This document shows, piece by piece, positions 1-11,680 of a stretch of DNA of 64,000 nucleotides. Origin of the DNA: Setoptus koraiensis (lineage: Eukaryota > Animalia > Arthropoda). Where the stretch lies: assembly GCA_048013815.1 (NCBI GenBank), contig CM106586.1, forward strand, positions 310,001 through 374,000, in the 5' to 3' direction. Under the pieces are notes generated by a model that saw only the letters and a list, made by a program, of their open reading frames with translations, did no database searches and had not been told where the DNA came from. The position numbers and the translations under genes were made by a program. The first letter of the stretch is position 1; each line of letters starts with the position of its first letter.

Positions 1-215
1 GAAGTGGTGAAGTGCTGAAAGTTATGTCATCCTGCTAATCGTCATCTAGAACGTCAGTCTGGTGGGTTTCAACTCTCTCGTAGCAACTTCAGGTAGAACA
101 GGAACCGGAAGTTTCCGCACTTCCGGACCACTTTTTCTAATGGTTTTGGGTCAAGATGAACCTGCACCGGAAGTTTCATCATGACCGGCGCTAGGACCTA
201 ATCGCTACAACAACC
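1..215. mobile_element. Right part of GG-ended MITE (family M), cut by window start
   Basis: Ends in TIR GGACCTAATCGCTACAACAACC at 215; CCGGAAGT-rich subterminal block is the reverse complement of 1229-1460. Confidence 0.85.
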
Positions 216-521
216 TAAATGAAAAATTGAAAGTGACTGTTCGCCTCTATGTCGAAATGATGAGTGTGAATTTAAAACATGCGCTCGCTTTTTGGTCCCA
301 ATTTTTCGCATTTGGCTGAACTTTACTATGTGCGCATTCTCCCGTGTATTTGAGGCTAAGCATTGTGAGTTGTAAGTGTAAAGTAAAAGTCTGTTTACTT
401 ACTATGTTACACGACTTTATATAGCTTTGGTGCACCCTGGACATACAGGGTGTTACATTGTATGCCATGCGCATAACAGCGCACATCTCCCTCCTTCGTT
501 TGAAGATCGTCCCGATCTTGT

Positions 522-947
522 TCAGCCACTCAACTTTTCCCTGACTGAGGTCCTGTTGTTTAGGTTTTCTACGGTTTGCTGCATCTCCTTCAATTGGTCC
601 TTAACCACTGTCATAGGATTATATTCATTAAATTTTTGAATGTTTTGATCATTCAAAATTGGAATATGCTCTATGATTGGTATACATTGGCAGTTTAGGG
701 TTCTCTTGGCTAGGGCACAGGCTAGGGTTGTTAAATAGTTTACATCGCCTAATATGTAATGTTTGTTTTCTTTGCACAATGACTCAATCATTGCCTTCAA
801 CAGCTCTATTTCTTCCTGGGCCTCTTTCATCGTCCGGGCCGTCCCTTCAATAGATAGAATATCAGTGCTCTTCGCTTCTGATATTACCGAAAGTATTGTA
901 ACCATCAACAGAATGTTCGCTATTGCGTTTAATCTTCGGAAACGCAA
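522..947 (-). CDS. Orphan 141-aa ORF (hydrophobic N-terminal stretch, two coiled-coil-like segments)
   Basis: ORF track, TTG start; LLMVTILSVIS then heptad-like MKEAQEEIELLKAMIESL; no recognisable domain; lies between a MITE end and a HINE end. Confidence 0.3.
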   Translation of the reverse strand: MRFRRLNAIANILLMVTILSVISEAKSTDILSIEGTARTMKEAQEEIELLKAMIESLCKENKHYILGDVNYLTTLACALAKRTLNCQCIPIIEHIPILNDQNIQKFNEYNPMTVVKDQLKEMQQTVENLNNRTSVREKLSG

Positions 948-1154
948 GGGTTGGCGAACGGTCAGGCTATTTGGGGTGTTGGGGTGTTCTTTCGAATAGG
1001 TCTGATGGAGTTGTATACTAAGTTAATTGATTTGATACAATGCTCAGTGTTCTTGAATTACATAAGTGTTTTTATAGTCTAGTGAAAATGATAAGAATGT
1101 TCCCTGACCCAGATAGACTATTAATAGAAAAGTTGTTATAGCTGACTAAATATA

Positions 1155-1228
1155 ACAAGTAATACTGATCTTATCAGCATCAAGAGCGCTTAATTTTGTG
1201 AGTTGATAATTTGCAGATGTCAAAATTT
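1155..1228 (-). mobile_element. 3' terminus of Helentron-type non-autonomous element (HINE), interrupted by MITE
   Basis: ACAAGTAATACTGATCTTATCAGCATCAAGAGCGCTTAATTT = variant hairpin plus subTIR end. Confidence 0.7.
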
Positions 1229-2099
1229 GGTTGTTCTAGCGATTAGGTCCCAGCACCGATGATCTAATGGTTTTGGGTCATGATGAAACCTCCGGTGGAG
1301 GTTCATCTTGACCCAAAACCATTAGAAAAAGTGGTCCGGAAGTGCGGAAACTTCCGGATCCGGTTTGACCTAAAGTTGCTTCTAGAGAGTTGAAACCCAC
1401 CAGACTGACGTTCTAGATGACGATTAACAGGATGACTTAACTTTCAGCACTTCACCTCTTCCGGATCTCTAGTTATAGCGATATCTCAAGAGTTGAGAGA
1501 CCGGAAGTTGACGAATTCATGCTTCGCTACAATCAGGGATGAGCCTGCAATTGTTCTTAGAATTCGGCCTGCGGCCTCGTATTCTGGAGGCCGTCACATC
1601 TCCGTCGTGGCACTCGCGACGACAGCGTGCGCCGGGGCCCCGTCGGGTAGGGGTGTTGAGCGCGTCGGGTATCGGGCTGCCCTCTACCCTCCGCTCACAT
1701 GACTGCAATCCACCCACAAATGAAGGGGCGAATAAAAAATAAGGATGAGACAAGTAGGAACAACTGAATTACATGCTAATACATGGTGTTGCGCAGTCTG
1801 TGCACAGTATGGGCCCGCTTGCCGCAACCGCACAGGCCCGGCCGCACCTCTAATTTCAGTTGAACCTTGATATCTAGCAAACCGGAAGTGATACCGGATT
1901 GATTTAGATTCCATCCTGCTCCGCTGAAGGTCATCTACCTGATTCTCAATGTTCAGAGCTCTAGCTTTAACTTCATGTAAAACCGGAACCAGAAGTTTCC
2001 GCACTTCCGGACCACCTAATCCATGATGTGGGGCCCCTGCGGGGCCCGTGTGTCAAGTTTCGTGGTGATCGGCGCTGGGACCTAATCGCAAGAACACCC
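1229..2099. mobile_element. MITE family M, 871 bp, flanks not duplicated
   Basis: TIRs GGTTGTTCTAGCGATTAGGTCCC / GGGACCTAATCGCAAGAACACCC; left flank CAAAATTT, right flank AAACAATG. Confidence 0.9.
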
Positions 2100-2560
2100 A
2101 AACAATGATACAGAGAAGCCTGAGATGCTAACTAGGTGGATCTAGCACAGCAGGTGGCTAGCTGTTGACAATTAGGATCTAGCGCACGGGAAGTTAGTAG
2201 TCATGAACCTAGGAAATCACAGTACAGTAGAAGCTACTCAAGTTGACAAGTGTCTCGCAGCACAATTTATGCTATGATTGATCGAACTAGGTGTAAGTGA
2301 CGAACTCGAAGCTGAGATGCCCATTAGAATAATTTAGCAGAGCAGAAGGCTACTGATTAATTAGGATCAAGTGCACGAGGATCGAATGACAGCTAGCTTA
2401 CATCATTGGGTCGTAATCAGCACAGTTAGAGGAACATAACTGTGCTGTACTGTGTCATAGATGAGGATGCACAATTTCTCAGCTATGACATGCACAATTA
2501 ATACTGTCAAAGGCACGCAAAAATTTACAGAGTGTCATAGCTGAGAATGCTCATGTTCTC
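2100..2560 (+). repeat. Internal fragment of HINE family (right half of a MITE-interrupted copy)
   Basis: Reverse-complement similarity to the ~192-bp repeats at 5110-5690; begins with AAACAATG. Right boundary approximate. Confidence 0.6.
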
Positions 2561-2929
2561 AGCTTGTTGTGCGCATGCACATTTTTAACCTTATGAAACA
2601 CCCAATATGTACAGGGTGTTCCTTTTTATATATATATTGTAGTGACGTAGAAATAAAGTACAGTACAGTTTGAGAAATACACAAAACAAGTCATAGTTTA
2701 TAACTTGGTGCGGCAACCAAAAAATACCCAAAAGTATTATAGGTTGCATCAAAGTAACAAATCTAAATATACACAACGTGAAAGGGAGAGTATAACTCTC
2801 ATGGACAAGAAAGAACAACCAGATACAAGTAATACTGATCAAATCAGTATTTCGAGCGCTTAATTTTTCGTGTGGACAAGTATTGTTGAAGGATTCAAAG
2901 GAGTTTATGACAGCCTGTTAACTACCGAA

Positions 2930-4380
2930 CTTCAAAATGTGACCATCGAACATTGACCATCGAACACTGACCACAGAACATCGAACGTACAGATGGAACT
3001 GTCATCAGAAATTCGAATTTTCAATTTCGAATTTCGAAGTTCGAAATGTGACCATCGAACTTCGAACTGTGACCATCGAACATTGAACATCGGACACTGA
3101 CCACAGAACATCGAACGGACAGATGGAACTGTCATCAGAAATTCGAATTTTTCAATTTCGAATTTCGAAGTTCGAAATGTGACCATCGAACTTCGAATTG
3201 TAACCACCGAACTTCGGATTGTGACCATCGAACTTTGTACAAGCACCTGGAACTCGTATCGGAAATTCGAATTTTTCAATTTCGAATTTCGAAGTTCGAA
3301 ATGTTACCACCGAACTTCGAACTGTGACCATCGAACATTGAACATCGGACACTGACCACAGAACATCGAACGGACAGATGGAACTGTCATCAGAAATTCG
3401 AATTTTTCAATTTCGAATTTCGAAGTTCGAAATGTGACCATCGAACTTCGAATTGTAACCACCGAACTTCGGATTGTGACCATCGAACTTTGTACAAGCA
3501 CCTGGAACTCGTATCGGAAATTCGAATTTTTCAATTTCGAATTTCGAAGTTCGAAATGTTACCACCGAACTTCGAACTGTGACCATCGAACATTGAACAT
3601 CGGACACTGACCACAGAACATCGAACGGACAGATGGAACTGTCATCAGAAATTCGAATTTTTCAATTTCGAATTTCGAAGTTCGAAATGTGACCATCGAA
3701 CTTCGAATTGTAACCACCGAACTTCGGATTGTGACCATCGAACTTTGTACAAGCACCTGGAACTCGTATCGGAAATTCGAATTTTTCAATTTCGAATTTC
3801 GAAGTTCGAAATGTTACCACCGAACTTCGAACTGTGACCATCGAACATTGAACATCGGACACTGACCACAGAACATCGAACGGACAGATGGAACTGTCAT
3901 CAGAAATTCGAATTTTTCAATTTCGAATTTCGAAGTTCGAAATGTGACCATCGAACTTCGAATTGTAACCACCGAACTTCGGATTGTGACCATCGAACTT
4001 TGTACAAGCACCTGGAACTCGTATCGGAAATTCGAATTTTTCAATTTCGAATTTCGAAGTTCGAAATGTGACCATCGAACTTCGAATTGTAACCACCGAA
4101 CTTCGGATTGTGACCATCGAACTTTGTACAAGCACCTGGAACTCGTATCGGAAATTCGAATTTTTCAATTTCGAATTTCGAAGTTCGAAATGTTACCACT
4201 GAACTTCGAACTGTGACCATCGAACATTGAATATCGGACACTGACCACAGAACATCGAACGGACAGATGGAACTGTCATCAGAAATTCGAATTTTTCAAT
4301 TTCGAATTTCGAAGTTCGAAATGTGACCATCGAACTTCGAATTGTCACCAGCGAACTTGGAAATGTGACCATCGAACTCT
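2930..4380. repeat. TTCGAA-rich satellite, 255-bp higher-order period (~5.5 units)
   Basis: Identical spurious ORFs recur at 3152/3407/3662 and 3304/3559; built from GACCATCGAAC and TTCGAA motifs. Confidence 0.95.
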
Positions 4381-4389
4381 GTCAAATCT

Positions 4390-5087
4390 CCATGGAGATA
4401 ACATTGTTAACGTTTAGATACTTTAACACAGGGAACAGAAAAAATTTTGTTAAAATTAACAAAGTCAAATTCCCATAGAGTTAACATTGTTAACGTTTAG
4501 ATACTTTAACACAGGGAACAGAAAAAATTTTGTCAAAATTAACAAAGTCAAATTCCCATAGGGTTAACATTGTTAACGTTTAGATACTTTAACACAGAGA
4601 ACAGAAAAAATTTTGTCAAAATTAACAAAGTCAAATTCCCATAGAGTTAACATTGTTAACGTTTAGATACTTTAACACAGGGAACAGAAAAAATTTTGTT
4701 AAAATTAACAAAGTCAAATTCCCATAGGGTTAACATTGTTAACGTTTAGATACTTTAACACAGGGAACAGAAAAAATTTTGTCAAAATTAACAAAGTCAA
4801 ATTCCCATAGAGTTAACATTGTTAACGTTTAGATACTTTAACACAGAGAAAAAATCACAATTCATTAAAATCGTCAAAGTCAGATTCCCATAGAGTTAAC
4901 ATTGTTAACGTTTAGATACTTTAACACAGAGAACAAAAAAAATTTTGTCAAAATTAACAAAGTCAGATTCCCATAGGGTTAACATTGTTAACGTTTAGAT
5001 ACTTTAACACAGAGAACAAAAAAAAATTTTTTCAAAATCGTCAAAGTCAAATTCCCATAGGGTTAACATTGTTAACGTTTAGATACC
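4390..5087. repeat. 83-bp tandem repeat (~8 units)
   Basis: TTAACATTGTTAACGTTTAGATAC recurs at 4481, 4564, 4647 and onward. Confidence 0.95.
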
Positions 5088-5109
5088 TTGAATGGTTGAG
5101 CAGTTTCTG

Positions 5110-5690
5110 CTGTGCTATAATCTCTTAGCTATAACGCATCTAGCTTCCCGTGCACTATATCAGAATTGTAGACAGCTTGCCTTCTGCTGTGCTGAATTCA
5201 CCTATTTTACATCTCAGTATTGAGCGTGCTACACTCGTCTAGTTACAGCCACATCAGCATTGACAGTGCTGAGAAGCAGTAGTTATTCTGGATAGTATCT
5301 ACTGTTCTACAATCTCCTAGTTCCAACCCCTCTAGCTTCCAGTGCACTAAATCCGAATCGTATACAGCTAGCCTTCTGCTGTGCTAAATTCATCTAGTTA
5401 GCATCTCATCATTGAGCGTGCTACTCTCGTCTAGTTTTATCTACAATAGCATTAACAGTGCTGAGAAGCACTAGTTATTCTGAGTAGCCTCTACTGTACT
5501 ACAATCTTCTAGTTCTAACGCCTCTAGCTTCCAGTGCACTAAATTTGAGTTGTATACAGCTAGCCTTCTGCTGTGCTAAATTCATCTAGTTAGCATCTCA
5601 GCTTTGAGCGTGCTAATCGCGTCTAGTAAGTGAACGCGCATAGCATTCTATGTGCTAAATTTAACTAATCAATATTGTAAGCTTTGAGTG
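5110..5690. repeat. ~192-bp diverged tandem repeat (~3 units)
   Basis: TCTAGCTTCC(C/A)GTGCACT at ~5139, ~5330, ~5524. Confidence 0.8.
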
Positions 5691-6309
5691 TTCTAAATTT
5701 ATCTAGTTTATTTCTCACACTACAGCTTTCACTGTGCTATTTCTTCCTAGTTGGAAAAAGCACTGATTTGTTCTACCCACGTGAATAAACGTATCTGCCA
5801 GAACCACCCCAATAGCTACTTAATTAAAATTAAGCGCTAAAAAAACAACCAATTACATCACGAATTGTACCGCCAAAAACATCAACACTTGCGCTGCCAC
5901 AACAACCAAGTGCATCAGCTTCTTCTACAGTAAATCAGCCGCAAATAGAACAACTGATAAATATTGAGACGGGACGCGGCCCGACTTACTTCTCTCTATC
6001 AAAACTCAATGACTTTCTTCAAACAAATCACACAATTAACACTATCAAGATGATTGCACACAAAAGACTTAACTAGCAAACACAACGCACGCTTTATTTA
6101 TTGCTTTGCACAAGAAACAAGATGTCCTTTTCATTGTGTTGCTCCTCTTTATATAATCATTTGTGAATGTTTTATCGGCTCCATCTTATGATGACGATTA
6201 TCGTGACGTAACGGCTATCGTCATTATAAGATGGTCGTCATCAGTTTCCCACGCCAAGATGGTGGCTACCGCTATGTGGCTACCACCGTTACACATGCCC
6301 CGTCCTCCT

Positions 6310-6878
6310 CTAAGAGTCGTCCTCGACTTCTTGTTCGCATTTACTATCACTTGGTGCGGTGCTGGTGGTGAGCGCGTGTCTAGATTTATATTTTCGTACG
6401 CCAACCCAAGCCAGATAGGTTGCTATGCCCAGAGTAATCGCAGCAAACAGGACTTGCTGTGTTATGATCAGTGTTTTTCGTGTTTCGATCACCATGTTCT
6501 CCTGTGCCTCCCACGCATGAGTGAGTTCATCCAAATTCATTGGAGGGCTGAATTTGAACTTAACCAGTTCTACGAGTTCCCTTAACGGGGCGAGGTCTTC
6601 CTTAAGGTGAATTTGGCCGAATTCGTAGGTATGCCCCTCTATTATCACCGGCACGTTAATACCTAACTTGAATGGCTTCGTTGGACACGCGTAAGTTTGA
6701 TTGTAGATGGATATTTTGTATGGGAAACATTAAACCACAATGCCATCGATATCTGGATAAACTTGTATTACGTCGCTAGGTGTTAGTTTCTCCCTGGCAA
6801 TTTTCTTAGTGATCCGCCATTGATTTTCTTGTATTAAATTATCTATGCAGCTAGTGTGTGGGGATAGGTAGGCCATAT
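6310..6878 (-). pseudogene. env: C-terminal fragment of gypsy env-like glycoprotein (TM + tail)
   Basis: V*CFPYKISIYNQTYACPTKPFKL matches YCY...YCPTHVFSL of the env at 10799-11665; TM VLFAAITLGIATYLAWVGV; one in-frame stop; runs into gap. Confidence 0.65.
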
Positions 6879-7378
6879 NNNNNNNNNNNNNNNNNNNNNN
6901 NNNNNNNNNNNNNNNNNNNNNNNNNNNNNNNNNNNNNNNNNNNNNNNNNNNNNNNNNNNNNNNNNNNNNNNNNNNNNNNNNNNNNNNNNNNNNNNNNNNN
7001 NNNNNNNNNNNNNNNNNNNNNNNNNNNNNNNNNNNNNNNNNNNNNNNNNNNNNNNNNNNNNNNNNNNNNNNNNNNNNNNNNNNNNNNNNNNNNNNNNNNN
7101 NNNNNNNNNNNNNNNNNNNNNNNNNNNNNNNNNNNNNNNNNNNNNNNNNNNNNNNNNNNNNNNNNNNNNNNNNNNNNNNNNNNNNNNNNNNNNNNNNNNN
7201 NNNNNNNNNNNNNNNNNNNNNNNNNNNNNNNNNNNNNNNNNNNNNNNNNNNNNNNNNNNNNNNNNNNNNNNNNNNNNNNNNNNNNNNNNNNNNNNNNNNN
7301 NNNNNNNNNNNNNNNNNNNNNNNNNNNNNNNNNNNNNNNNNNNNNNNNNNNNNNNNNNNNNNNNNNNNNNNNNNNNNN
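6879..7378. other. Assembly gap, exactly 500 N
   Basis: N run of fixed length, so a scaffold join of unknown true size. Confidence 1.
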
Positions 7379-8730
7379 TAATTTTAATTAAGCAGCTATT
7401 GGGATGGTTCTGGGCTCTACGTTTATTCACGTGACTATGTAATCCTATGGAGGTTTGACTTAGTCAAATTTGTGAGAATCCTGCTAGACATAACACATGT
7501 ATTCCTATGTAGATTCGACTTGGTCTATTATCGCTTCACTCGAAAATATTTTGTATGCAATCCTATGGAGATTTGACTAGGTCACATTTGTGCGGAGTTC
7601 GGTGGTGACAAATCGAACTTCAAAATTGAAAATTCGAATTCCTAATGATAGTTTCATCTGCTCGTTCGATGTTCGATGGTCAGAGTTCGGTGGTCACAAT
7701 TCGATGGTCGCAATCCGAACTTCGAAATTGAAAATTCAGATTTCTGATAAGAGTTACAGCCGCTCGTTCGATGTTCGATGGTCAGAGTTCGATGTTCGAT
7801 GGTCACAATCCGAACTTCGAACTTCGAAATTCGAAATTCGAAAATTGAAAATTCGAATTCCTAATGATAGTTTCATCTGCTCGTTCGATGTTCGATGGTC
7901 AGTGTTCGATGGTCACAATTCGATGGTCACAATTCGAACTTCGAACTTCGAAATTCGAAATTCGAAAATTGAAAATTCGAATTCCTAATGATAGTTTCAT
8001 CTGCTCGTTCGATGTTCGATGGTCAGGGTTCGATGTTCGATGGTCACAATCCGAACTTCGAAATTCGAAATTCGAAAATTGAAAATTCGAATTCCTAATG
8101 ATAGTTTCATCTGCTCGTTCGATGTTCGATGGTCAGAGTTTGATGTTCGATAGTCACAATTCGATGGTCACAATTCGAACTTCAAAATTCGAAATTCGAA
8201 ATTCGAAAATTGAAAATTTGACTTCCCAATGATAGTTTCGTCTGCTCGTTCGATGTTCGATGGTCACAGTTCTCAGTTCGATGGTCACAATTCGATGGTC
8301 ACAATTCGAACTTCGAAATTCGATTATTGAAAATTCGAATTTCTTATGATAGTTTAATCTGCTCTGTCGAGGTTCGATGGTCAAATTCCGAACGTCGAAC
8401 TTGGAAATTCGAAATTGAAAATTCGAATTTCCGATACGAGTTCCAGGTGCTTGTACAGAGTTCGATGGTCACGATACGGAGTTCGCTGGTCACAATTCGA
8501 AGATCGATGGTCACAATTCGAACTTCGAAATTGAAAATTCGAATTTCTGATGACAGTTCCATCTGCTCGTTTGATGTTCGGTGGTCAGTGTTCGATGGTC
8601 TATGTTCGATGGTCACATTTTGAAGTTCGGTGGTTAACAGGTTGTAATAAACTCCTTTGAATCCTTCAACAATACTTGTCCACACGAAAAATTAAGCGCT
8701 CGAAATACTGATTTGATCAGTATTACTTGT
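7379..8730 (+). mobile_element. HINE copy with TTCGAA satellite, inserted in a Tc1 transposase
   Basis: 5' block starts at the gap edge; 3' subTIR + hairpin + ACTTGT ends at 8730, followed by TT. Confidence 0.85.
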
Positions 8731-9313
8731 TTCTGATGAGTTTCCTCTGACGAATTCGAGCCAGTATCAATTACGGTGCCGAAGACCGAAGGGGAAACGA
8801 TTCGATAAGAAATACATCAAACCTTACACCCCAAAATCCATGTCTCTTTCGATGCATGGTTTCATCACCTATGACGGTGTTGGCCTTCTCCAACCTACTG
8901 GTCCGAGAATGGATAGTTGGACCTACTGCAATGAGATTCTCCATCCGGCATTTGATTGGTTAGATGCGAACCGGCCAGACCAGTTCTGGATTTGGCAACA
9001 AGATAATGCTTCCACTCATCGATCTCTATTCACCACATCATTTCTCGAAGATCATTTGCATTATGAACAAATTTTTGAATGGCCGGCCAAGTCGCCTGAT
9101 CTTAATATAATAGAGAATGTGTGGGCCACAATGTGGAGGCGGAAGTGCCAGATTTTGAGGGAAAACCCGGTCAAATCTGAGAAGGAATTGCTTGATCTGG
9201 CGGAGGATGTATGGTCTGGGATTTCTGTAGATTATATTCAGGGCCTGTATAAATCAATGCCACGCCGGCTTAAGGAAGTCATCGATGCGGATGGTTATTT
9301 AACAAAATATTAG
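8731..9313 (+). pseudogene. Tc1/mariner transposase catalytic domain (DD36E), N-terminus lost at HINE junction
   Basis: Frame open from 8732: SDE...WQQDNASTH...WPAKSPDLNIIENVW; 36 residues between second D and E. Confidence 0.9.
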
Positions 9314-10705
9314 TGAGAATTAAATAAAAGTCAACTCAACTGGTCTTCTTTATTCAATTTTGGGTGCTGTGTTTCTTCTTGTTCTTTAATTGCGGTAACT
9401 TTTTGTCACTAAAACTTACTTCCTGTCGGATTATTCGCAATTCTTTTCGAAAGAGTATGTACCGTATATTTCATTTACAGTGGAATCGATCCGGTATCAG
9501 ATAGCGGACCCGACAATGTGCAAGTTAGTTCAAAAAGTTCACTCTGGTGCCTCTGGGAGCCCATACCCGCGTAAATGCGCGCGGTACCCATACTCGCCCA
9601 TGCGCGCGGGTATGGGAGATTATGGGAGCTCCCATGCACACCGCGCACACAGCACTCGACGCACACAGAGTGCAATTTTGAGTGATTAAATTTGGCGCGC
9701 AGTTCTGCGCATGGGGGGCAGGCACGAGTTTTTCCCACTGTCCAAATACTTAATCACACGGGTGTATCATTCGTTGTATGTCCGAATGCCGATGGTTGTA
9801 GCATTTGGCTTTCTGAGCGGCCAGTTTCCTTTCAATTTTTAGGCGCAGGCTATCATCTGAGGCCATATCCTTAGCGGAGGCCCACTCAATATCGTCGTCT
9901 TGATGAGAATTCATTTTGTAGTACGATTATTTGGTACTCGAGTTAGATTGGTGTGTTTCTATTTATTGTTGGATGTTTATGAATATGTTTAATCGACGTG
10001 ATAATATTTGCTTCTAAATTTTCTATTTATTTTATTTAAAATTGTATGATGTGATTAGGACTGGCTGTAATGTGATAATGCGTGATTATGAATTGTTGGA
10101 AGGGCCAGCTTGTTGGCTACTCATTTTTGATCAACAAGTCGGTTTGTGCTACATGTTTGCAACAAGACCCGTAGTGTTGACTTGTGCGACTTGGCTACCA
10201 AGTTGGTTTCAGGCGATGCATTCGCCTCACTAAGATGGCGGCGGTGGCCGTTGTCGATCAACACATGGCCAACATGTGGCTCGCGCTGTTGCGAACTGGA
10301 GTGTGCCCGAATGTGCGACTGAGTTGTATTGATTACGATGGCGAATTTGTTGATCGCCATCGTGATCAACATATCGGCTCAATCGTGCAGTGGTCGCCTC
10401 ATCAAGATGGCGGACACTGCCGATTGTTCTCGAGTGCGACAATGAGTCGCCTCGCGACGACGTATGGTAAACCGCAACACATGGCCAGAACGTAGCACTT
10501 TCTATTATTATTATAGCGCGCCACTTTGGTGCGTGTTGGAGGCACAGTGCATGGCGTTTGGTCTGATTTGTCTGTGTTTTCTTTTGCCATCTTAACTTGG
10601 TGCTTTATTGTCGTGTAAGACGCCAGTGGTCGTTGTTCGTCTATGACATGCTCTGTTTAGCAGTTGTTGATTAGTAGTTGTATGTCGGTCGCGTGTGACT
10701 TACTT

Positions 10706-10777
10706 GTGGTGTCCTAACCGCTAGTACATTGTCGGCTGATTCATTAAATAGATCAGCCAATGTACTAGGGACACCAC
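10706..10777. other. Long hairpin just 3' of the gypsy-1 env stop
   Basis: GTGGTGTCC..CTAGTACATTG..GGCTGAT / ATCAGCCAATGTACTAGGGACACCAC. Confidence 0.6.
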
Positions 10778-10798
10778 ACTCTGACTATTCGTTGTTGC

Positions 10799-11665
10799 CT
10801 ATAGTTGAGCCAAGGCGTGGCCGGGCGGTGGTATGCCGGTCACTTCGTTGCTTCTACTAGTAGCGTGTTGTTGTCGCGTCTTGCGGCATGTGCAACACTT
10901 GGCGCACATCATAGTCAGTTTGTACAACAGTTTCATAGGCCACATGGCCAGTATCAGTAGCGCGATAAATAGTACTAATTTCATGATTAGCACTATCGAT
11001 TCGAGGGCGGTCATATGCGTCTCAATTCTTTCTACATGACTCATGGTTGCTAAATGTAACTGAGCGGCAGCACTAGCGTTGCGCGTTGCCGTCTCAGTTA
11101 TCTTCTTTCTTAGGGCGTGTATTTCATGAATGGCCTGCGTTAGTGTCTCGTCGTTGCGTGGATGGCCTATCGTTGGCATCGTTAATATCTCTTTGCTTGT
11201 CTCAGCAGTTAATTGAGCCTCTTGGGCTAGATAGACTACGCTGTCAGCTTTCCACGCGACTGCGGATGGCAGGGAGAAGACATGTGTTGGGCAGTACTCC
11301 GTCTCATGAGTATCCATATAAGTGATATTAGTGCCATAGCAGTAAATATACACTTGCTCGCGCGTCACCCTATACTGCACTTTCGGCGTCACGCTCTGCC
11401 CTTCCTCCAGACACTTTATATTAATTCTACTATCAAAGTCGCCGTTTTCTGTGTTGTGTTCTTGGCATTGGTTGTTGACAACTTCTTCATAGGGTAGAAT
11501 GGATAGTGCTGACTTGCAGTTTGCAGTAACGTTGTACAGCATGTACATTGGGCCGTCATATTTCGTTAAGCATGGCGTGCCAGTGAGATAAGTCCATACT
11601 TCAAATGCATCTGCCTGGGCGATGGCACTTGTCGGGTCTATCAATCGTTGCTCAAAGCGTACCAC
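10799..11665 (-). CDS. env: Gypsy-1 env C-terminal half (Cys-rich ectodomain, heptad, TM)
   Basis: In frame with 11681-17113 and separated only by one TAG plus 5 codons; TM IVLIMKLVLFIALLILAMW. Confidence 0.8.
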   Translation of the reverse strand: MVRFEQRLIDPTSAIAQADAFEVWTYLTGTPCLTKYDGPMYMLYNVTANCKSALSILPYEEVVNNQCQEHNTENGDFDSRINIKCLEEGQSVTPKVQYRVTREQVYIYCYGTNITYMDTHETEYCPTHVFSLPSAVAWKADSVVYLAQEAQLTAETSKEILTMPTIGHPRNDETLTQAIHEIHALRKKITETATRNASAAAQLHLATMSHVERIETHMTALESIVLIMKLVLFIALLILAMWPMKLLYKLTMMCAKCCTCRKTRQQHATSRSNEVTGIPPPGHALAQL

Positions 11666-11680
11666 TATGGTGTTGTCTGC

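Larger units (their letters stand above)
2825..5843 (-). mobile_element. Complete Helentron-type non-autonomous element (HINE/DINE-1-like), ~3.0 kb
   Basis: 5' end TTTTTAGCGCTTAATTT (at ~5843); 3' end AAATTAAGCGCT + hairpin AATACTGAT-TTG-ATCAGTATT + ACTTGT (at 2825); 12-bp subTIRs; three internal tandem arrays. Confidence 0.85.

Noticed and set aside
2605-2625. TA-CAGGGTGT Tc1/mariner-type TIR starts (also ~444, ~61821)
   Set aside because: No partner TIR or transposase could be linked.
2930-4380. CRISPR-like repeat array or repetitive protein ORFs
   Set aside because: No unique spacers and no cas genes; eukaryotic satellite inside a HINE. The 66-115 aa ORFs recur identically because the period is a multiple of 3.
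2930-4380. Heat-shock elements in the TTCGAA satellite
   Set aside because: Spacing is mostly TTC-GAA with no gap, not the nGAAnnTTCn triplet array.
6843-7430. ORFs of 173-226 aa spanning 6879-7378 and 37432-37931
   Set aside because: Artefacts of N gaps translated as X.
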